Positions 50,312 through 60,278 are shown, counted from the stretch's first letter. The stretch is 64,000 bases of DNA from an uncultured Collinsella sp. (GCA_900555555.1 USLK01000002.1:22577-86576); one strand, 5' to 3'. The notes: generated from the sequence alone by a model not told the origin. Numbers and translations are program-made.

Positions 50312-51566
50312 GCGCGGACCTCCTCAAGAGCCACGTCGCCCCCGCCAGCAGCGCAACGGCGATACCGCAGCAGGCAAGAAGGCGAAGCGTAAACGGGGCG
50401 AGCGTGTCGTAGTAATAGACGCTGTAGAACATGTCTCGGATCAAGCAGACCGGGTTGAGCCAAGCCGCCGCGGGAAGCGCGCGCGTCACGGTGTCGGCGA
50501 TCTTCATGGCGGGCTCGCCGTAGAGGCCGGCGAAGAGCGACAGCAGGCATGTCACCGCCGTGAGCAGGCCGCTGCGCGAATCTTTCTCGAGCTTGCCGGG
50601 AAGCGCGCCCACCACGGCGCCGACGCCACAGGAAAGCAGGCTTGCGGCTATGATCCCCGCAAGGCAGAGCGCCTCCCGTCCGCCGAAGTTGATATGGGCG
50701 GTAAGGCAGATGTAACCGAACGCGATGGCGAGAAACGCGCTGGAGACCGTCCAGCATGCGCTTACGGTAGGGACGAGCAGCCGCATGCGACTCGTGCCGG
50801 AGACGGCCCGACGGGCACCCTCTGCGGATGCCATGGGCTGCAGGCGCCACACGTGTTCCTCGGCGAGCTGGGCGGCGAACATCGAGGCCATGCCGAGCAA
50901 CGCGTAGTAGTAAGTCACCATGGCGTCGGGCTGGGCGTGCGTGAGGGAGACCTCGCGCACAGGGACATCGAGCGAGAGCGCCCGCTCGACCGATTCGGCA
51001 TCTGCAAGCGCCGCGGGGTTGCTTGCGGTGACCTGCTGGATGAGTGCTTCGCTCTGGAGGTAGCTCGTCACGATGGACTCGATGATCGAGCGATTCGCGT
51101 CGTGGGATATAGCGTCGGCGGAGCCGTTGCCAGCGGGGGCGAGGATCACATGGGGAGCCGGCGCGGCTTCGTTTGTCACTGCGGATGCGGTGGATGCGTC
51201 TGCATCATTGCCCTTTTCGAGGGCTGTTTTCTCGCCGTGGTCGATAGCTTCGACCAGGTACGCGCCTTCGACCTTACCTTGTTCAAGCAGATCGCGCGCC
51301 TCCTGCTCGCTTGCGACGGCATGCAGCGCGATGAGGGGCTCATCGGCTTCCGCCAGCGTTTCGACCACGGCCGAGAACGGCGACGCGTTCCAGGAATCGT
51401 CAGCCACCACCGCCACATCGACCGCCTCGATGGAGGTCGTCGCGCGCATGGGCTCGAACATGAAGTTGAAGACCGTGGCGAGGATGATGGGAAAGATGAG
51501 CGTCCATACGACGGCGCTCGGCGTGAGCAAGAGCCTGTGCACCGTCGTTTTGAAGGTAGTCCACAT
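50298..51566 (-). CDS. ABC-2 type permease
   Basis: WTLIFPIILAT, extracellular loop, C-terminal TM bundle with FAGLYG and NP. Confidence 0.88.
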   Translation of the reverse strand: MWTTFKTTVHRLLLTPSAVVWTLIFPIILATVFNFMFEPMRATTSIEAVDVAVVADDSWNASPFSAVVETLAEADEPLIALHAVASEQEARDLLEQGKVEGAYLVEAIDHGEKTALEKGNDADASTASAVTNEAAPAPHVILAPAGNGSADAISHDANRSIIESIVTSYLQSEALIQQVTASNPAALADAESVERALSLDVPVREVSLTHAQPDAMVTYYYALLGMASMFAAQLAEEHVWRLQPMASAEGARRAVSGTSRMRLLVPTVSACWTVSSAFLAIAFGYICLTAHINFGGREALCLAGIIAASLLSCGVGAVVGALPGKLEKDSRSGLLTAVTCLLSLFAGLYGEPAMKIADTVTRALPAAAWLNPVCLIRDMFYSVYYYDTLAPFTLRLLACCGIAVALLAGATWLLRRSAHEHR

Positions 51567-51575
51567 ATTCGCCCC

Positions 51576-52562
51576 TTAGTCGCGCAGCTCGCGGCCGGTG
51601 ATTTCGAGGAACACATCGTTCAGGGTGGGCGGGGCGCACGTGATGCGGCCCAGGCGCGCCTTGCCCGCGCGCAGAGCTGCGAGCACGTCGGTGAGGTTGT
51701 GCTCGCTCGCCTCGCACGAGACGGTGAGTAGGTTGCCATCGTGCGCGACGTCGATCACATGGGGAAGCGCACGCAGGCGTTCGAGCTCACGTTCCGGAAT
51801 CGCGGGAGGTGTAGGGGCGGCATCGCGTACGGCCCCGCGACGCCCCTTCGCTCCTTCCAGCTCCACCACGATGCGCTCTCCCGTGCGAATCGAGCGCTTG
51901 AGCTCGTCGCAGGTGCCCTGGGCGAGAGCGCGGCCGTGATCCATGATCATCACGCGGTCGCAGATCTGCTCGACCTCTTCCATGTAATGGCTCGTGTACA
52001 CCACGGTCGCCCCCTCGGCGCGCAGGCGTTGGATGCCGACGAGAATGGCGTTGCGGCTCTGCGGGTCGACCGCCACGGTTGGTTCGTCGAAGAAGATCAG
52101 CTCGGGTTTGTGTGCAATGCCGCAGGCGATGTTGAGACGGCGCAGCAGGCCGCCCGACAGCTTCCCAGGGCGGAAGCGCGCGAATTCCTCGAGTCCCACG
52201 AACTCGATCGCCTCTTCGACCAACGCCCGCCGCTGCGTGCGGTCGCCTATGTAGAGCGAGCAGAAGTAGTCGATGTTCTCCCGCACGGTGAGCTCATCGA
52301 AGACGGCCACCTGCTGCGGCACGATGCCGATACGGCGCTTGAGGTCGTAGCGGGTGGGTGCCATCGGCTCGCCGAATAGCCGGATGCTGCCTCGGTCGTA
52401 GGAGAGTAGGCTGAGCATGCAGTTGATGCTCGTGGTTTTGCCCGATCCATTGGGCCCCAGCAGGCCGAAGATCTCGCCCGCGGCGACGTGCAGGTCGAAG
52501 TGATCGAGCGCGAGCAGCTCGCCGTAGCGCTTGACGAGCCCGTCGACGGCGATGATGTCCAT
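51576..52562 (-). CDS. ABC transporter ATP-binding protein (LnrL/YfiL-like)
   Basis: GPNGSGKTT, LSGG, DEPTVAVDPQSR, SHYMEE. Confidence 0.93.
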   Translation of the reverse strand: MDIIAVDGLVKRYGELLALDHFDLHVAAGEIFGLLGPNGSGKTTSINCMLSLLSYDRGSIRLFGEPMAPTRYDLKRRIGIVPQQVAVFDELTVRENIDYFCSLYIGDRTQRRALVEEAIEFVGLEEFARFRPGKLSGGLLRRLNIACGIAHKPELIFFDEPTVAVDPQSRNAILVGIQRLRAEGATVVYTSHYMEEVEQICDRVMIMDHGRALAQGTCDELKRSIRTGERIVVELEGAKGRRGAVRDAAPTPPAIPERELERLRALPHVIDVAHDGNLLTVSCEASEHNLTDVLAALRAGKARLGRITCAPPTLNDVFLEITGRELRD

Positions 52563-52577
52563 TGCTTCCTCCATTCC

Positions 52578-52676
52578 ACCTCAGTTTAGGGACAGGCACT
52601 GAATTGAGCGGCCGTTCGCCACGCGCATTGCGGCTGGAGTCGAGCCTAAGATCGGTACCTGTCCTCAAATTGAGGT
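52578..52676. repeat. REP-like inverted doublet
   Basis: acctcagtttagggacaggcactgaattgag ... gcctaagatcggtacctgtcctcaaattgaggt. Confidence 0.75.
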
Positions 52677-52730
52677 CGTTGGGTGCGGTCATGTTGGGAA
52701 CATGGTGCCTGACGGGCGGAAATGACGGTA

Positions 52731-52744
52731 GTGACATTTGTCAC
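52731..52744. promoter_or_regulatory. Palindromic operator candidate (NarL/LuxR-type)
   Basis: gtgacatttgtcac between the divergent ABC operon and the LuxR-type gene. Confidence 0.5.
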
Positions 52745-52791
52745 GACTTGGTTTTACCTGCCGTGTCTTGCTTTTGCTACCATGGGGAGCC

Positions 52792-53619
52792 ATGGAGAGA
52801 ATCATCGACATAGTGTTGGTGCTCGTCGCGTGCGTGCTGTTCCGCGTTGCCGCCGGGGTCGTGGGCGCGGCGTCGGCCGTTGCGGGACTCGCGGGGGATG
52901 CACTTGCTGTCCCGACGGTCGTCTGCCTGCTCGTGGCGATCATCGCGGTGCTGACATGCGAGTGGGCGCGGGGGAAGTGGCGCGTGCTTGGCCCGGTGGC
53001 GTATTGCGTTGTGAGTTCGTTTGTTCCGGAGGGGCTATTTCTGCTTCCCGCCGTTGTGTACGAGTTGCTCCAATTCGCGCGGGAGCCGCTGCCGTGGCGC
53101 GCGGTGCCGATTGCTTTGCTATTGCCCGCCGCGCGCCTGGTGGTCGCGCCATGTGTTTCTGGGACGGAGCTTGCGTGCGTGGGTGCTCTGTCTGCGTTGG
53201 TGGGGCTGTTGTCCTGGCGGACGAGCATGCTGCTTGCCCAGCGCGACTTGCGGCACCGGACCCGGGACGAGTTTCGCGCGCACGAGCTGTTCGGCGCGGA
53301 GGGATCGAGCGGTGTCGTGGCGGCGGATGGTTGTTCGGAGCCTAGCGCGGATGCGGTATCCGAGTGCGCCGTAGCTGACGTTGATGCTGCCGCGCGCTCG
53401 CCCGAAGGGCGCTGTCGTGCTGCCTTTTCGGAGTTGACCGAGCGCGAATACGAGTTGGTGCGCTTGGTTGCCGAGGGTCTGGACAACCATGAGATCTCCG
53501 CCGCCGCGTTCATCAGCGAAGGCACGGTGCGCAATCGGATCAGTTCCGTTCTGCAAAAGACCGGGCACAAAAACCGCACCCAGCTTGCCGTCGCCTGGTG
53601 GCAAGCACGCGAGCGGTAG
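52792..53619 (+). CDS. Membrane sensor-like domain fused to a LuxR HTH (probable kinase/response regulator deletion fusion)
   Basis: About 5 TM helices, RD.R linker, then LTEREYELVRLVAEGLDN.EIS....ISEGTVRNRIS; no HisKA, HATPase or receiver motifs. Confidence 0.8.
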   Translation: MERIIDIVLVLVACVLFRVAAGVVGAASAVAGLAGDALAVPTVVCLLVAIIAVLTCEWARGKWRVLGPVAYCVVSSFVPEGLFLLPAVVYELLQFAREPLPWRAVPIALLLPAARLVVAPCVSGTELACVGALSALVGLLSWRTSMLLAQRDLRHRTRDEFRAHELFGAEGSSGVVAADGCSEPSADAVSECAVADVDAAARSPEGRCRAAFSELTEREYELVRLVAEGLDNHEISAAAFISEGTVRNRISSVLQKTGHKNRTQLAVAWWQARER

Positions 53620-53720
53620 CCTCAAATTGGGGACAGGCGCTAATTTGAGGTGAGACCGTGCGAGGGATGAGTGTCGGGGCTGCTAAAACCTCAGATTGGT
53701 GCCTGTCCCTATTTTGAGGT
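53619..53720. repeat. REP-like inverted doublet
   Basis: gcctcaaattggggacaggcgctaatttgaggt ... acctcagattggtgcctgtccctattttgaggt. Confidence 0.8.
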
Positions 53721-53785
53721 GCTCATTTAAGGTGAGACGACGCCTTTCAACGTTTGGGTGAAATAAAACGAATAGAAGGTCGAAC

Positions 53786-53908
53786 ATGAGTGTCTCAGTA
53801 GAGGCACAGCGCGTTGCTATCGCCCGTGCCATCGCTGCAAATCCAGACATCGGTGTCGAAGCCGGTTGGGGTACACCTCAATCCGCCAGAAGAGCCTCTA
53901 TAAACTGA
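53786..53908 (+). pseudogene. Very short remnant of an ABC ATPase
   Basis: 40 aa ORF with an RBS, containing QRVAIARAIAANPD. Confidence 0.5.
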
Positions 53909-53928
53909 TTTCACGATATCGTGATATC
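53907..53928. promoter_or_regulatory. Palindromic operator upstream of the DUF4160/DUF2442 pair
   Basis: Perfect 14 bp palindrome tcacgatatcgtga with imperfect extensions. Confidence 0.6.
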
Positions 53929-53963
53929 ATGGGTGAAACTGTTTCAGGGTTAGTAGGATGCTC

Positions 53964-54221
53964 ATGCCAGTGCTGGCACGGTTTTACGGCATAGTAATTC
54001 GCATGTACTTTTTGGGATCGGAGCACAATCCTCCGCATGTCCATGCCATTTATGGGGGGGAAGACACAGCCGCCTTTGACATCAGATCTGGCGAAAAAAT
54101 AGACGGTCATCTTCCAAAGCGCGCTGCCTCATTGGTGAAAGAGTAGATGACATTGCACAAGGATGAGCTTATTGAAATGTGGGAGACCCAAGAATTCAAG
54201 AAGCTCGATTCACTTGAATAG
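53964..54221 (+). pseudogene. DUF4160 putative toxin with an in-frame TAG at 54144-54146
   Basis: MPVLARFYGIVIRMY..EHNPPHVHA..LVKE*MTLHKDELIEMWE; TAG lies where Trp (TGG) is expected. Confidence 0.85.
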
Positions 54222-54224
54222 GAG

Positions 54225-54671
54225 ATGCCTGTGTTTCACAAAGTGAAAGAAGTTGTTCCTTTGCAGGACATGAGGCTATGTGTGCGTTTTGCAAATGGAT
54301 CGACAAAGGAATATGACGTGGAGAAGCTCGTCTCTCGATTTCCCCAGTTTGCCGCTTTGGAAGATGAGCACCTCTTTGAGGAAGTGCAAGTTGATGTCGG
54401 TGGCTATGGCATCGTTTGGAACGACGATCTCGACCTTTCCTGCGATGAGCTTTGGAAAAACGGCGTCGACGTGAAGACGCCTTTTGACGGACTCATGGCG
54501 TTTTCCGATGCAAATGAGCTTTGGGGCCTGAGCGAGTCTACCCTGCGTAAGGCTGTGGCATATGGAAAGATAGAAGCGGGGATTGACGCACGTAAATTTG
54601 GTAAGCAGTGGGTTGTGACCCAAGAGGCAATGAGGCGAGAGTACGGTAATCCGGTCGAGGTGCTCCGGTAA
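54225..54671 (+). CDS. DUF2442 plus C-terminal HTH protein (putative antitoxin)
   Basis: V.PL..MRL.V.F.NG, VDVGGYGIVWNDDLD, C-terminal HTH ESTLRKA...RKFGKQWVVT. Confidence 0.85.
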   Translation: MPVFHKVKEVVPLQDMRLCVRFANGSTKEYDVEKLVSRFPQFAALEDEHLFEEVQVDVGGYGIVWNDDLDLSCDELWKNGVDVKTPFDGLMAFSDANELWGLSESTLRKAVAYGKIEAGIDARKFGKQWVVTQEAMRREYGNPVEVLR

Positions 54672-54799
54672 TTTCGATGTGTCGTTATCGCAAGGCGGGG
54701 TTTTGGCTTCTGTTGGCCTGAGCAGGGTGGCTCAACGATCGGAGTCACCCTGCTCAACTTTGCCAAGCTTCTAAGGTCGCTGAGCAACGAGCGGCGCAG

Positions 54800-55918
54800 C
54801 TAGGCCCCCCAGACTTCCTCGGCGATGCTGCGCACGAGCGCGATCTTGGCCCACTGCTCGTCCTCGGTGAGCTTGTTGCCGATCTCGCAGCTGGCAAAGC
54901 CGCACTGCGGGGAGAGGCAGAGGTCCTCGAGCGGGACGAAGCGCGCGGCCTCGTGGATGCGCGCGATCACGGCGTCGCGGTCCTCCAACTCGGGGCGCTT
55001 GGTGGTCACCAGGCCGAGGACGACCTTCTTGCCCGGCGCCACGTGCGCGAGCGGCTCGAAGCTGCCGGAGCGCTCGTCGTCGAACTCCAGGTAGAAGGCG
55101 TCGACGTTCTCGCGGGCGAACAAGATGGGCGCCACCAGGTCGTACGGGCCGCTCGATGCATAGGCGGAGTGGTAGTTGCCGCGGCACACGTGCGTGGTGA
55201 TGGCCATGTCGGCAGGGCGCCCCTCGAGCGCGAGGTTGTTCACGCGCAGGTACTTCTCGGCCTCGGCCTCGGGTGTGGAGCCGGCGGCGCGGATGCCCGC
55301 CTGGAAGCCCTCGTCCACGAGCGCGCCCCAGGTGCAGTCGTCGAGCTGCAGGTTGCGGCAGCCCGCGGCGTAGAGCTCGGCGATCACGGTGCGGTACGCC
55401 GCGCCGATGTCCTCGAGCAGCTCGTCCTCGTTCGGATAGAAGCTGCGCGTGCGCTCGGCCGCCGCCTCGTCACGGTAAAGCTCGAGCAGGAGCTGGGCGG
55501 GGGCGGGGATGGTCTGCTTGGCCGTGTGCCCCGGCTCCTCGAGCGCCTGCACGAACTTGAAATGCTCGACGAAGGGATGGTTCTCGCCGGAGATCTTGCC
55601 GGTGAGGATGGCCGAGCCGTGCGTGGTCTCCTCGCCCACGAAGAAGTAGCCGTGGTCGAGCTCCACGTGCTCGATGCCACCGAGCCCCCACATGAAGTCG
55701 AGGTGCCAGTAGGAGCGGCGGAACTCTCCGTCGGTGAGCAGCGGCAGGCCGGCGGCTTTCTGCTTGGCGACGAGCTCGGCGATGCAGGCATTCTCGACGG
55801 CGATGAGACCTGCATCGTCAAGTTCGCCGGCGGCGTGGGCGGCTCGGGCCTCCTTGAGCGCTTCCGGGCGCAGGAAACTACCGACGACATCGAATCGGGT
55901 GGGTGCGATGGCGGCCAT
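54800..55918 (-). CDS. Cobalamin-independent methionine synthase II family protein (single-barrel MetE-like)
   Basis: DVVGSFLRP, TDGEFRRSYWHLDF, HVCRGN, LEFD, LSPQCGFAS. Confidence 0.93.
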   Translation of the reverse strand: MAAIAPTRFDVVGSFLRPEALKEARAAHAAGELDDAGLIAVENACIAELVAKQKAAGLPLLTDGEFRRSYWHLDFMWGLGGIEHVELDHGYFFVGEETTHGSAILTGKISGENHPFVEHFKFVQALEEPGHTAKQTIPAPAQLLLELYRDEAAAERTRSFYPNEDELLEDIGAAYRTVIAELYAAGCRNLQLDDCTWGALVDEGFQAGIRAAGSTPEAEAEKYLRVNNLALEGRPADMAITTHVCRGNYHSAYASSGPYDLVAPILFARENVDAFYLEFDDERSGSFEPLAHVAPGKKVVLGLVTTKRPELEDRDAVIARIHEAARFVPLEDLCLSPQCGFASCEIGNKLTEDEQWAKIALVRSIAEEVWGA

Positions 55919-56009
55919 TATGGGTTCCTTTCGGTAGATGCGATATCTGATGAAAGGAGTATGCGGGACGCGCATCCGATTGGGAAATACTTAAAACAAT
56001 CCAATACCG

Positions 56010-56024
56010 ATAGGAAAAACCTAT
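56010..56024. promoter_or_regulatory. LysR (MetR/MtaR-like) operator
   Basis: ATAGG-AAAAA-CCTAT, a T-N11-A palindrome upstream of the MetE-like gene. Confidence 0.65.
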
Positions 56025-56064
56025 GGAGATAGGTAGGTGACGAAGGCTTGCGATCCCATGGGCA

Positions 56065-56964
56065 TCACGGGATATGCGCGCGGATAGCCTCGATGAACGC
56101 CTTCCCATAGCGGGAGAGGTGGGTGTCGCGCCGCGTGACGATGCCGACTTCCATGCGGTCGTCGACCTCGAGTGGGACGGCGATGATGTCCTCGCCGTTG
56201 AGCTCGTGCGAGATCACGCCCGAGCACACCGTGTAACCATCGAGGCCTATGAGCAGGTTGAACAGGGTCGCGCGGTCGCGCACGCGGATGTTCTTGGAGC
56301 GGCCGAGCGTGGACAGTGGTTCCTCGGAGAAGTAGAACGAGTTGAAATCCCCCTGCTCGTAGGAGAGGTACGGATAGTCTGCGAGATCCTCGAGCGTGAC
56401 CGAGGCGCGTCCCGACAGGGGATGGGTCGAGGAGAGGAACACGTGCGCGGCAGTGGAGAACAAGGACTTGAATTCGAGCTCCTCGGCACGCAGCATGCGG
56501 CCGATCACGTCGCGATTGGCATCAGATAGGTAGATCACGCCGAGTTCGCTCTTCATATGGGCGACGTCCTCGATGATCTCGTGCGTCTGCTCCTCGCGCA
56601 GGGTGAACTCGTAGCGCGCGGCGTCGAACGCGCGGATCACGTCCACGAACGCGTTGACGGCGAAGGAGTAGTGCTGGCACGAGACGGCGAAGCGGGGCAC
56701 GGGCTCGGTGTCGCGTTTGTAACGCTCCTCGAGCAGGTCCGCCTGTTCGAGGACCTGGCGGGCGTAGCCGAGGAACGTCTGGCCCTCGGTGGTGGTCACC
56801 ATGCCCTTGCTCGTCCGGTCGAACACGGTGATCCCCATCTCGCGCTCCAGGTCGCGCACGGCGGCGGTCACGCTCGGCTGCGACACGAACAGGCGCCGTG
56901 CCGCCTCGGTGACGCTGCCGCACGAGGCCACCTCGACGATGTATCTGAGTTGTTGGAGTTTCAC
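56065..56964 (-). CDS. LysR-family regulator (MtaR/MetR-like)
   Basis: LQQLRY, EAARRLFVSQPS, SCQHYSF, SYEQG..NSFYFSEE, DRATLFNL. Confidence 0.93.
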   Translation of the reverse strand: MKLQQLRYIVEVASCGSVTEAARRLFVSQPSVTAAVRDLEREMGITVFDRTSKGMVTTTEGQTFLGYARQVLEQADLLEERYKRDTEPVPRFAVSCQHYSFAVNAFVDVIRAFDAARYEFTLREEQTHEIIEDVAHMKSELGVIYLSDANRDVIGRMLRAEELEFKSLFSTAAHVFLSSTHPLSGRASVTLEDLADYPYLSYEQGDFNSFYFSEEPLSTLGRSKNIRVRDRATLFNLLIGLDGYTVCSGVISHELNGEDIIAVPLEVDDRMEVGIVTRRDTHLSRYGKAFIEAIRAHIP

Positions 56965-57127
56965 CGGGTTCCCTTCCGTTTGCAACTGCCCGTGCCGTAC
57001 ATCTCGTAACGGTTTCGACATATTACGACACTCCGACCCTGCCGCTATCCGAGGCGCGAAGCCATCTGTTAGCATGTCAACACTTTACTGAAAGAAAGCG
57101 CAGCACGAAAAGACGGAGGACGCGCAT

Positions 57128-57655
57128 ATGGCGACTGACGGCAACAGGGCAACGACGGCGCGGGCGCTTAAGGTTCCACGCCTTCCGGGCGACATCATGA
57201 TCTACCCCATGATCGCGGGTCTGCTCATTAACACCTTCTGCCCCCAGGTCCTGGAGATCGGCGGCTTCTTCACGGCGGCTACGCGCGGGGGTGCCAACGC
57301 GGTGGTCACCGCGATTCTGCTGTCCATCGGCGCGGGCATCTCGTTCAAGGCCACGCCGGGCGCCGTCAAGACGGGCGTCGTCGTGCTCATCCCCAAGCTT
57401 TTGCTCGTCGCGGCGATGGGCCTCGCCGTCGCTTGGCTCGAGCGTCTGTGCGGCGGTACGGGTAAGGCGGTCATCGCCTGCTCGATGATCGCCGGCACGG
57501 CCATGACCACTCCTGCGGCACTCGTTGAGGTTGCGCCCCAGTACGCTGCCATCGCGCCGGTGGCCTACGCGCAGATCGCGACCGCCGTCATCGTGACGGC
57601 GCTGCTCGCCCCGATTCTCACGGGCTGGTTCGACAAGCGCTTCTGCCGGGGCTGA
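57128..57655 (+). pseudogene. kdgT: 2-keto-3-deoxygluconate permease with a large internal in-frame deletion
   Basis: N-terminal PG..M..P...G..INTF.P and C-terminal TPAA...AQIATAVIVTA joined in 175 aa; full-length KdgT is over 300 aa. Confidence 0.7.
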
Positions 57656-58045
57656 CGTCGTCTGTTTCTCTGTTTCGGTGTGATTGGGGCCCAGCCGCCT
57701 TTATCTCAGCTAGAGGGCAGCGGCCTGTAGGATGGCGAACGCCGCGACTCCCGTCACGATGCACCAGACGAGCGACTTGGTTTTGATCCCGACTGCCGCA
57801 ACGATGCCAACGGCGGGGCGAAGCTGGGTTCGAAGCTGCGAGTATTCGCCCTGCATCCTCACCGCAACGGGCGGTGGCGGAATTGTCGCGATGTGTTGCT
57901 ACAATTGTCGCTGCTAGATGGTGGAGCGCAACGGCGGTTGCGAGGATAGTCTTGCGCTGAGGCCCGATGGCCAAAGGGGGCGAAAGCATCCCATGACGGC
58001 TGCCGTCGGGCCCCGGAATATCAGCGCTACAAGGAGGCTTTCATT

Positions 58046-58447
58046 ATGGATGACGCGACGACGCAGCTAGCCGATCGTCTGCTCGATCTTCGCCGCAAGG
58101 CCGGTTACTCGCAGGAGCAGTTGGCGGACCTGCTTGGTGTTTCCCGTCAGGCCATCTCGAAGTGGGAGGGCGCCCAGGGCCGCCCCGAAGTCGACAACGT
58201 GGTCAAGCTCGCGCAGATCTACCGTGTGAGCACGGACTTCATCCTCACGGGCTCGGCGAGCGTCCCGTCGGTGTGCGAGACGCCCTCGGCGCCCGCCCCG
58301 CGCGAGCTGTCGCGCGAGTACCGCTTCGCCCTCAGTGCCCTCATGGTCATCGCGGGCACTGCGGTTGTGTTTCTGTTGATTGTCGTTATCCTGACCATCC
58401 TGTCCACGATACTCACCTCGGGTGCCGACATCCCCGGCTGGAAGTAG
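58046..58447 (+). CDS. XRE-family HTH protein with a C-terminal TM helix
   Basis: SQEQLADLLGVSRQAISKWE; hydrophobic C-terminus. Confidence 0.88.
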   Translation: MDDATTQLADRLLDLRRKAGYSQEQLADLLGVSRQAISKWEGAQGRPEVDNVVKLAQIYRVSTDFILTGSASVPSVCETPSAPAPRELSREYRFALSALMVIAGTAVVFLLIVVILTILSTILTSGADIPGWK

Positions 58448-58601
58448 CCGCTGGCCGAGGCTTCGTATTCACTATCAACTGATTAGGCGCGTGCAAGGTA
58501 ACTTGGCGCTTGTCCGATACGCCCTTTCTTGCAGGGTGCAGGGCTCGTGCGCCTTGGCCTTGCATGCTCACGGGCGGGTTGGCAAAAGGAGCGAAAGAAT
58601 T

Positions 58602-60278
58602 ATGGGCATCCTCGTTGAGGCGTGTGGCGTATGCAAAAGTTATAAGCATGGAAATCTGAACACCGATGTCCTTCGCCACGTTGATATGAATGTGTTGGCA
58701 GGTGAGATGGTATCCATCGTGGGACCATCCGGTTCGGGCAAGTCGACGCTGCTGCACTGTCTGGCGGGGCTTGAGGTCCCCGATGTGGGCGAGATTCATC
58801 TTATGGGCGTGGACATCGTGCGAGCAAGGCGCGGCGAGCGCGCGAAGGTCAGAGCCCAGCATGTCGGGTTCGTGTTCCAGCAGTACAATCTCATGCCCTC
58901 GCTCTCCGTGGGTGAGAACGTCTCACTGCCCGCGCGCTTTGCCGGTCGCAGGGTGAGCGGGAAGGATGTGTGCGATCTCTTGGAGTGGGTCGGTATGGGA
59001 AGTTGGTTCGCATCGTTTTCCGCAACGGCGGCCGCGGACCCGATGGTCTCGACTTCTTTCTTCTTTAGAAGCGCCGCCCAGGCGATTCTCATGTTCTCGG
59101 CGATTTCCGGATGCGTCGTTCTCTCCTCAACGGCTCGGGGAATCGTCGTCTCGTTGCGGCGAACCTACGCCCTGTGGCAGGTGATCAATATCCCTCCGGT
59201 TGTGGTGGGCTTTGCTGTCATCGTTCAAATTGCACTCGTGGGGGTCTTCGGTTCGTGCTTGGGCTTGCCCTTGTGCTGGGCAAGCTCATCCACCGTGTTC
59301 AGTGCTCTGTTCATGGATATCGACTTGTTCGAAGGGGTGCGGCTTCTGCCGGGATTTTCCCTTTGTCCCGCGGTTCTTGGAGTGTCGCTATTTTTGTCGG
59401 TGCTGGGCGGGGCGCGCGCCGCAAGGGCGGCGGCGTGTACGCCGCCCGTGATGGCTTTGCGTGACGAGTGGTCGGTCGAGGGCGCATCCGAGCGCATGAT
59501 GCCGCTGCGCTGGCTTGCCGCCCTTGCCGCATGCGCCGCTGCCGCATGGTGTGTGTCCACGGTTGACCCCGTCTTAGCTCCTGTCGATTTCGGTCAGAGC
59601 ACCTGGCTCGTCTTTTTGCCTATTGCAATCCCGGCGCTAATTACGGCTCTCGCCCCTGTACTTTTGCCGAGGATCCTGCGAGCGGCGACGTGTCCGTTGT
59701 CGCGCTGGACGGCGTGGCTTCTCGCGCGCAGGAGCGCTCAGCACGCCTTGACACAAAGCTTGTCGATTGAGACATCCCTCGTGGTTGCCATGGGTGTCGT
59801 TGCGGGCTTCTATTCGATGATGAGCCTGATGGAGCGGTATGCCACGGCATACGACTTGCCGATTGGGAGCGGATTCGGTCTCGACCCGCGCCTCGCGTGC
59901 GTAATGTTCGCGGGGCCGGTTATCTTGGCGGCTGTGGGGTCGTGCACAAACGTGGTTCTCGCCTTGCGTGTGCGGGGGCGTGACGCATCGTTGCTGGAGG
60001 TGCTGGGCGCCACCCCACGCCAAGTCTGTGTCGTCTCGGTTCTCGAGGCGTATATGCATGTGGTGACAGCAGGCTCAGCTGCATTACTTGCGGTTGTGCT
60101 TTCCAACATGATCGCGGCCCATGCGTTGGGCTTGGGTGCTGGGAGCGCGATGCTGTCCGTGCGTTTTGCCCCTGCCGTCCTCATCGCCGTCGCAGGTTTC
60201 GTCGTGCTGGTCGTAGCAGGGCTGATGCCGGTGCTGCGCATGATCAGGACCGCACCGGTGCGGTTTCTCAATGAGTGA
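58602..60278 (+). pseudogene. Truncated ABC ATPase fused in frame to an FtsX-like permease
   Basis: Walker A GPSGSGKST and Q-loop GFVFQQYNL present; LSGGQ, Walker B and H-loop absent; sequence switches abruptly to permease TMs. Confidence 0.75.

Noticed and set aside
55919..56064. SAM or cobalamin riboswitch before the MetE-like gene
   Set aside because: Interval is short and lacks the consensus; a LysR-type box explains the regulation
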